In this document: positions 58,527-64,000 of the stretch, in pieces | How the letters are laid out: each line of letters opens with the position of its first letter | How positions within the stretch are numbered: the first letter of the stretch is position 1 | Assembly (NCBI GenBank): GCA_028691715.1 | Contig: JAQUYR010000001.1 | Coordinates: forward strand, 22,307-86,306 | DNA: 64,000 nucleotides | Direction of reading: 5' to 3' | Source of the DNA: Bacilli bacterium | GTDB taxonomy: Bacteria > Bacillota_I > Bacilli_A > ML615J-28 > CAG-698 | Notes under the pieces: model-generated | What the model was told of the DNA's origin: nothing | The model's input: the letters and a program-made list of their open reading frames with translations, nothing else | Databases searched by the model: none | Made by a program: the position numbers and the translations under genes

Positions 58527-60292
58527 GCAACTTTACATGCTCCACACTTAATACAAATGCTAGTATCAATTTTATGCATTTCTTTAATATTACCTGTAAT
58601 CGCACCAACAGGACATCCTCGTTTACATTTACCGCAACCGATACAATTTTCAGTAATATAATATTTGATCAAAGCTTTACATACGCCAGCTGGACATTTT
58701 TTGTCAACAACATGGGCAATATATTCATCTCTAAAATTCTTTAATGTTGAAAGAACAGGATTTGGAGCTGTTTGTCCTAATCCACAAAGAGCAGAATCCT
58801 TGATTGATAGAGCTAAAGCTTCTAATTCATCAATATCTTCTAATGTTCCATCACCATTTGTAATCTTTTGTAAGATTTCAAGCATTCTTCTTGTTCCCTC
58901 GCGACATGGAGTACATTTACCACATGATTCATCAACTGTGAATTCCAAAAAGAATCTGGCAACATCTACCATACAGTTATCTTCATCCATAACTATCATA
59001 CCACCGCTACCCATCATTGATCCTAGAGCAATTAGGTTATCATAGTCAATCTTGGTATCCAAATCTCTGAATGTTAAACATCCACCTGATGGTCCACCGG
59101 TTTGAACCGCTTTGAAAGCTTTTCCTTTAGGAATACCACCACCGATGTTATAAATAACATCTCTAAGAGTAGTACCCATAGGTATTTCAAGCAATCCTGT
59201 ATTGTTAATCTTGCCACCTAAGGCAAAAACTTTTGTTCCTTTTGATTTTTCTGTACCGATAGTACTAAACCATTCAGCTCCCTTATTAAGAATCTGAGGA
59301 ATATTTGCATAAGTTTCTACATTATTAATAATTGTTGGTTTTCCCCATAATCCTTTATCAGCTGGAAATGGTGGTTTATTTCTAGGCATTCCCCGTTCTC
59401 CTTCAATAGAAGCCATAAGGGCTGTTTCTTCTCCACAAACAAACGCACCTGCACCTAATCTTGCTTCTAAATCAAATGAAAAGTCAGTGCCAAATATATT
59501 TTTACCTAATAAGCCATTTTCATAGGCTTGTTTAATAGCAAAATTTAATCTCTCTACAGCTAGTGGATACTCAGCTCTGATATAGACATATCCTTGGCTT
59601 GCTCCAATAGCATATCCGCCAATTGCCATAGCTTCAATTACACTGTGAGGATCTCCCTCTAAAACAGCACGATCCATAAATGCTCCTGGATCTCCTTCAT
59701 CAGCATTACAAATAATATACATTTGTCCTTCACCGCGATGTTTAGATGCCAATTTCCATTTTAAACCAGTAGGGAATCCGCCTCCGCCTCTTCCTCTTAA
59801 TCCTGATTTTAGAATTTCATCAATGATTCCATCAGGAGTCATTTCCGTTAAGGCCTTTCCTAAAGCCATATAACCATCACGGGCGATATATTCATTAATA
59901 TCAAAAGGATTGATTATACCACAATTTCTTAAAGCTATACGTTCTTGCTTAGCATAAAAATTCATTTCCTGGAATTTCTTGATTTTGACTTCATCTTCTG
60001 GAGTCATTTCTGTATATGCTTTTCTAGCAACAATTCTTCCCTTTAACAAATGTTCCTTACAAATTTCTTCAACATCTTCAACTTTCATATGTGAGTAGAA
60101 AGTCATATCAGGATAGACAACAACAACTGGTCCTTTTTCACAAAGACCAAAGCATCCGCTCATAAAAACAGCTACTTCATCCTGTAAATCCAATTCTTTT
60201 ATCTTTTCTACAAATTGATTTTTAATGGCTTCTGATTTTGAAGACATACAGCCTGTGCCACCACAGACAACTACTTGCGCTCTAATTGCCAT
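58496..60292 (-). CDS. hydB: NADH-binding flavoprotein subunit HydB (NuoF-like, with N-terminal Trx-like [2Fe-2S] and C-terminal 2x[4Fe-4S])
   Basis: 598 aa; N-terminal CGGTGC...CFGLC; FMN/NADH-binding core; C-terminal CIGCGKCKRGCP and CIKCGACKVACP. Confidence 0.9.
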   Translation of the reverse strand: MAIRAQVVVCGGTGCMSSKSEAIKNQFVEKIKELDLQDEVAVFMSGCFGLCEKGPVVVVYPDMTFYSHMKVEDVEEICKEHLLKGRIVARKAYTEMTPEDEVKIKKFQEMNFYAKQERIALRNCGIINPFDINEYIARDGYMALGKALTEMTPDGIIDEILKSGLRGRGGGGFPTGLKWKLASKHRGEGQMYIICNADEGDPGAFMDRAVLEGDPHSVIEAMAIGGYAIGASQGYVYIRAEYPLAVERLNFAIKQAYENGLLGKNIFGTDFSFDLEARLGAGAFVCGEETALMASIEGERGMPRNKPPFPADKGLWGKPTIINNVETYANIPQILNKGAEWFSTIGTEKSKGTKVFALGGKINNTGLLEIPMGTTLRDVIYNIGGGIPKGKAFKAVQTGGPSGGCLTFRDLDTKIDYDNLIALGSMMGSGGMIVMDEDNCMVDVARFFLEFTVDESCGKCTPCREGTRRMLEILQKITNGDGTLEDIDELEALALSIKDSALCGLGQTAPNPVLSTLKNFRDEYIAHVVDKKCPAGVCKALIKYYITENCIGCGKCKRGCPVGAITGNIKEMHKIDTSICIKCGACKVACPKNAIITA

Positions 60293-60301
60293 AATTTCCT
60301 C

Positions 60302-60670
60302 CTACTTCAAGAACTTAGTTATTAGTAAGTCTTCAACAACTTTTCCACCAATAACGTGTTCTGAGATTATTCTTTCGGCATCCTTTGCCTTAACCTTGCA
60401 GTATGTTGTTCTATTTCCAGCAGCATCATATACTTCTACAATTGGTTCTAGGGCACATTGTCCCATACAGCCAACTTGTGTAACTGTTGTATTCAATAGA
60501 TTTCTCTTAGAAACTTCTTCGACCAAAGCGTTAAGGACTGGTCTTGCTCCTGCTGTAATTCCACATGTAGCCATACCAACAACTACTCGATATCCATCTT
60601 TTTGTTGACGCATGCTCATCTTTTGAGCAGCGGCTTCTCTAATTTTCTTTAAATCTTCTAAAGATTTCAT
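60302..60670 (-). CDS. Thioredoxin-like [2Fe-2S] ferredoxin
   Basis: 122 aa; four Cys (ATCG...GCMGQC...YCK) in NuoE/HydD-like spacing. Confidence 0.7.
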   Translation of the reverse strand: MKSLEDLKKIREAAAQKMSMRQQKDGYRVVVGMATCGITAGARPVLNALVEEVSKRNLLNTTVTQVGCMGQCALEPIVEVYDAAGNRTTYCKVKAKDAERIISEHVIGGKVVEDLLITKFLK

Positions 60671-61218
60671 AGTTCCTCCTCTTTAATAGACTGCAAACCC
60701 TCTCTTATATAATCCTTAATCCATATCATTACATCGATTTGCTTCAAGGATACACCATCAAGAATTTGTTTTATTTCTTTTGTATCAAAAGTAAATTTTT
60801 TATTATTGTATAAATGATTGTAGACAATGTCAATGTCTTCATCATTTATAACTAAAATATAAATAGTTTCAACAATATCACCGAGTGGTGGTCGATCAAT
60901 ATTGTCATATTCAAAGGTTCCTGTTAGTCTTGTACCAATTCCTTCTTGGGATTCTATATGAAAACTACCCAAGCATGTTTCACATAACTCTTTAAATAAA
61001 GGGATTCCCATTCCCACTTTCCTTGTCTTTCGACTGGTAAAAAAGGGATCCGTTACTTTTTCAAGAGTTTTATCACTCATTCCTATACCATCATCAATAA
61101 TTTCTACAATCAAAATATTATTCTGAATGTCTTCATTAATATTAATAACTATATTTTTACTTTTAGCCTTAATAGAATTCTGAACAATATCAAGAATATA
61201 TAGAGATAGTTCATTCAT
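60667..61218 (-). CDS. Small GHKL-type (histidine-kinase-like) ATPase
   Basis: 183 aa; N-box/G1 IIDDGIGM, G2 GMGIPL, G3 GTRLT. No sensor, DHp or receiver domain. Overlaps neighbours by 4-8 nt. Confidence 0.7.
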   Translation of the reverse strand: MNELSLYILDIVQNSIKAKSKNIVININEDIQNNILIVEIIDDGIGMSDKTLEKVTDPFFTSRKTRKVGMGIPLFKELCETCLGSFHIESQEGIGTRLTGTFEYDNIDRPPLGDIVETIYILVINDEDIDIVYNHLYNNKKFTFDTKEIKQILDGVSLKQIDVMIWIKDYIREGLQSIKEEEL

Positions 61219-61927
61219 GATTTTTCTCCAAATACTCTCTGAATCCCTTAAATGATAATTCAGTGAGTTCTAGATAATTGATTCTCTCATTAATAATTTC
61301 TAAAGAATGAGCATCTGAGTTATAGATTATTGGTAACTTTTTCAAGTATGGATATTTTTTAATTACTTCTTCAGTATTTTCCTTACCATATATCTCAATA
61401 CCATCTATATCAAACACACCTAGGTCTTGATATACATTTAGCATCCAGCATTCACCACGGTTTACATGTGCTAAGATAACAATTCCCTCTAAACTATGAA
61501 CTTTTTCTATTAGTTCTTTTAATGTTATATCTAGGGGATAATTTAAGTGATATTCTATTTCCTTTATTTTTAAATCATACTCATCAAAAATATCCTGTGA
61601 TCCGAATTTATCCCTGTCGTGAGGTTCTTTGGTGTTTATATCTTCTAAAATCTTATCAAATAGAAGGGCTTTTTCCAAAGTTTCAAAATATGTCAATACA
61701 TGAAATCCCTCTTTAACTGTAACTTCACAGCCATATAGAAATAAAAAGTCATAACTGGATATAATTTTTTGAAATGTTGGTAAATGTTTTAGAGTATTAT
61801 GATCGGTAATGCTGATCATATTTAACCCTTTTAACATCGCCATATTTAAAATATTATTTGGTGTTTGTAATTCATCAGCACAAGCAGAAAGTGTCGAATG
61901 AATATGAATATCATAATATACTTTCAT
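61211..61927 (-). CDS. PHP-domain phosphoesterase
   Basis: 238 aa; MKVYYDIHIHSTLSACAD...ISITDHNT PHP motif I/II histidines, further His/Asp ligands downstream. Confidence 0.75.
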   Translation of the reverse strand: MKVYYDIHIHSTLSACADELQTPNNILNMAMLKGLNMISITDHNTLKHLPTFQKIISSYDFLFLYGCEVTVKEGFHVLTYFETLEKALLFDKILEDINTKEPHDRDKFGSQDIFDEYDLKIKEIEYHLNYPLDITLKELIEKVHSLEGIVILAHVNRGECWMLNVYQDLGVFDIDGIEIYGKENTEEVIKKYPYLKKLPIIYNSDAHSLEIINERINYLELTELSFKGFREYLEKNHE

Positions 61928-62252
61928 ATTCCCAAATCAGTTTCAGCGTGTCAGCGCTTGATAAACTCGTTTTAAATAGTGGAATATTCTCACTATTAGC
62001 TTTAACAACGATTTCTTCATTAGGGGTAACATCTTCACAAAAAATGACCGCAGAAAAATCTAATAAAACCGCAACAGCTACGACATTCAAACTATTTAGT
62101 ACCGTCAGCAGTACTGTGTTTTCCTCTTTTGCATGCCCCATGACCCAACTCAGCAAATCCGAAACATACATTCCTTTTATCGGCTTTGTTAAATCAACAT
62201 TTGGTGTTATGCATTCGATTTCTTCTATTTTCACTAGATCCTTTACTATCAT
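61911..62252 (-). CDS. DRTGG-like domain protein (paralog of 62667-63041)
   Basis: 113 aa; alignable with the upstream 124-aa DRTGG protein (shared LV..., SDLLS, VAVLL..., terminal segments). Confidence 0.45.
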   Translation of the reverse strand: MIVKDLVKIEEIECITPNVDLTKPIKGMYVSDLLSWVMGHAKEENTVLLTVLNSLNVVAVAVLLDFSAVIFCEDVTPNEEIVVKANSENIPLFKTSLSSADTLKLIWEYESIL

Positions 62253-62259
62253 AAACCAC

Positions 62260-62667
62260 CTATAAATTAAAGATAATTGTTACTATAGTTCCCTCTTCAC
62301 TGGATTTAATATCGAATTCATCACAAGATTTACGAATATTAGGAAGTCCCATTCCTGCACCAAAACCATTTTCTCGGGCAAATAATGAAGCCGTCGAAAA
62401 TCCTTCTGACATTGCTGCATCGATATTCTTTATACCTGGACCTTTATCAGAAAAGACCATCTTCAACTTATCCTTGGTATATTCAATATCACAAGTTCCT
62501 CCAAAGGAATGAATAACAACATTTATTTCTGCTTCGTATGTTGCTATAGAAACCCTTCTTACTATAATTTTACTAACATTATCGGCTACTAATAATCTCT
62601 TCACAAAACTGGAAATATATCCAGCCTGTTCTAGATTCATTGGTAAAATCTCAAACGAATAGTTCAT
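62260..62667 (-). CDS. GHKL ATPase of the anti-sigma-factor/Ser-kinase-like type
   Basis: 135 aa; GPGIKNID...GFGAGMGLPNI resembles G1/G2 boxes of RsbW/SpoIIAB-like kinases. Confidence 0.5.
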   Translation of the reverse strand: MNYSFEILPMNLEQAGYISSFVKRLLVADNVSKIIVRRVSIATYEAEINVVIHSFGGTCDIEYTKDKLKMVFSDKGPGIKNIDAAMSEGFSTASLFARENGFGAGMGLPNIRKSCDEFDIKSSEEGTIVTIIFNL

Positions 62668-63041
62668 TATATTTCACTAATGCCTTTTATACCTGCTTCA
62701 TACATTTTTCCGTTAGAAGAAAACATAGTATATGAAGTTCCAAGCATAATGATATCATTTTCTTCAGCTGCTAAAACTACTTGATCTGTTGGTTTCTTAT
62801 CTCTAACTAATAAAACTACTTTCACATCAAGCATCTCAGCTGTTCTGACACCTTGAATAGTAACCAATCCTGTTGATAAAATTCCTTCTTCACAAAACTC
62901 CAGAGGAACATTTCTTAGCATCATCAAAGCATCACTCATCAAATCACAACTAAATGCAAAATTTACTTGTCGATCAGGATTATATGTTTTAGTTGTATAA
63001 ACTGTAGCGTTTAATAGTTTAACCAATTCACTTAGTTTCAT
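62667..63041 (-). CDS. DRTGG domain protein
   Basis: 124 aa; fold-level resemblance to DRTGG domains (as in CBS-DRTGG and Pta N-terminus). Confidence 0.5.
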   Translation of the reverse strand: MKLSELVKLLNATVYTTKTYNPDRQVNFAFSCDLMSDALMMLRNVPLEFCEEGILSTGLVTIQGVRTAEMLDVKVVLLVRDKKPTDQVVLAAEENDIIMLGTSYTMFSSNGKMYEAGIKGISEI

Positions 63042-63042
63042 A

Positions 63043-63528
63043 TTATTTTTCCATTAATTTTCTTAGTGCTTCTCTAGCTATTGTTGGATTAGAACTGCCG
63101 TAGACATTACCATCAATAGTGAATACTGGGGCTAAACCACATGCGCCAATACATCTTGTTGCTTCTAATGTAAACTTACCATCTTCTGTTGTTTCGCCTG
63201 GTTTGACTTTTAAAACGTCAGACATAGCGTCAATGATAGATTGCGAGCCACGAACATAACAAGCAGTACCTAAGCATACACTGATTACATGTTGTCCCTT
63301 AGGTTCTATTGAAAAATGAGAATAGAAAGTAACAACACCATTGATTTTTGCAATGCTTTCATCAAGCTCTTCAGCAATGATTTTTTGTACTGCTAATGGA
63401 ATACATCCAAATATCTTTTGAGCATCGTGTAATGTTGGCATTAATGGACCTGGTTTTTTCTTGTGTTCTTGAATTCTCTCTTTAAGTTCTTTAACCTGTT
63501 CGTCATTCATAACAAATTTAACTGCCAT
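63043..63528 (-). CDS. hydC: NuoE-like [2Fe-2S] subunit HydC
   Basis: 161 aa; CLGTACYVRG...CIGACGLAP NuoE-type motif. First gene of the operon. Confidence 0.85.
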   Translation of the reverse strand: MAVKFVMNDEQVKELKERIQEHKKKPGPLMPTLHDAQKIFGCIPLAVQKIIAEELDESIAKINGVVTFYSHFSIEPKGQHVISVCLGTACYVRGSQSIIDAMSDVLKVKPGETTEDGKFTLEATRCIGACGLAPVFTIDGNVYGSSNPTIAREALRKLMEK

Positions 63529-63608
63529 AATTTTTCACTCCTTTTTGCTATTATATATTTTAACACTTTTGACCACGAAAATAAATGTTTTTTTAACTTT
63601 TGTTTTCG

Positions 63609-64000
63609 TTAGTTAAGAGCTGTTAATGTTGAATTGAAGTTGTAAATCTTTGATACACCATCATAAGTCACGGTTACCTGATATTCTATATTCGCTTCAG
63701 CACCAGACTTACTGATAATTTCACCATTGTCATTCATAATTGTTGGTGACAAACTCTTCCATTCAAAAGTAACACCAGATAGATTATTCTTTGCAAAATA
63801 CTCCAGTTGTACTAAGAACATAAATTCATCCCAACGACCAGCATGCCTCATTGCCATTGGACAATCTTTTCCTGAAAAGGCATTGTGCTGTTTAACTCTA
63901 TCAAATCCTAAATTATACTGAATTAATAATTCAGCAACCAATTTTGCTGTGTGTCTCATCGTATTGTTATACTCTGATCCAGCATCAACACAAGTTTCAA
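63609..64000 (-). CDS. N-acetylmuramoyl-L-alanine amidase (amidase_2/PGRP type), partial: N-terminus beyond window end
   Basis: In-frame continuation upstream of the ORF-track Met (...TCVDAGSEYNNTMRHTAKL...). QHNAFSGKDCP matches the C-terminal Zn-ligand region (H-x7-K-x-CP) of amidase_2. Confidence 0.55.
   Translation of the reverse strand, partial: ETCVDAGSEYNNTMRHTAKLVAELLIQYNLGFDRVKQHNAFSGKDCPMAMRHAGRWDEFMFLVQLEYFAKNNLSGVTFEWKSLSPTIMNDNGEIISKSGAEANIEYQVTVTYDGVSKIYNFNSTLTALN

Noticed and set aside
63529-63608. Rex (TTGTTAA-N4-TTAACAA) or CRP-like operator upstream of the hydrogenase operon
   Set aside because: The nearest sequence (GTGTTAAAATATATAATAG) matches neither the Rex consensus nor the TGTAA-N6-TTACA site found at 56012. 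No regulatory site can be supported.
1-64000. CRISPR arrays, tRNA/rRNA genes, IS elements or integrases
   Set aside because: No regularly spaced direct repeats, no GC-rich tRNA/rRNA-like segments, no transposase or integrase ORFs were seen. The only GC-enriched noncoding stretches are the nrdD leader, the S10 leader and the 47.2-kb hairpin.

Overview
The window is low-GC (~30%) chromosomal DNA from an anaerobic Firmicutes-type bacterium (Erysipelotrichia/Clostridia-like), almost entirely coding and mostly on the minus strand. No rRNA, tRNA, CRISPR array, IS element or integrase was seen. Positions of small motifs are read by eye and may be off by 1-2 nt. CDS coordinates follow the ORF track, with some starts moved to an internal ATG that has a ribosome-binding site.

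Contents, from start to end:
- 1-6252: a translationally coupled sugar-hydrolase operon (GH2, GH3, GH13).
- 6343-9490: a membrane-anchored PI-PLC-like phosphodiesterase, an orphan phage Gp37/Gp68 (DUF5131) gene, and an M48 peptidase.
- 9571-14079: a conserved housekeeping block (rsmI, yabB-like methylase, ricT, holB, tmk).
- 14207-15719: a metal ABC ATPase and permease with no binding protein.
- 15756-19552: truA plus the core ECF transporter module (ecfT, ecfA2, ecfA1) and a NusG-domain-II protein.
- 19820-22168: a MacB-like ABC ATPase/permease fusion.
- 22290-25080: nrdDG, preceded by what looks like a cobalamin riboswitch.
- 25469-39866: the complete alpha/spc/S10 ribosomal gene cluster (rplQ through rpsJ, including rpmJ, infA, map, adk, secY). 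It is driven by a perfect-consensus sigma-A promoter.
- 40144-45122: YebC; an N-acyl-amino-acid-synthase-like GNAT; an aldo/keto reductase with an Fe-S tail; ThpR; RluA; a DEDDh exonuclease with a BRCT domain.
- 45204-49631: an Ig-repeat lipoprotein with a C39-like peptidase domain; a divergent SGNH hydrolase, ECF sigma and anti-sigma operon whose upstream region carries a GC-rich hairpin and a perfect palindrome.
- 49722-54122: a two-gene operon of a DUF2779 nuclease-exonuclease fusion and an 861-aa lipoprotein.
- 54275-56652: an ABC permease and binding protein without an ATPase, divergent from a Crp/Fnr regulator. A TGTAA-N6-TTACA site is positioned to repress one and activate the other.
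- 56691-63528: an electron-bifurcating-type [FeFe] hydrogenase operon (hydC, hydB, hydA).
- 63609-64000: a partial PGRP-type amidase.

The hydrogenase operon is the most interesting part. HydA carries a natural TSCSP variant of the L1 motif. Six small genes of unknown function sit inside the operon between hydC and hydB: two GHKL ATPases, a PHP phosphoesterase, two DRTGG paralogs and a Trx-like [2Fe-2S] protein.
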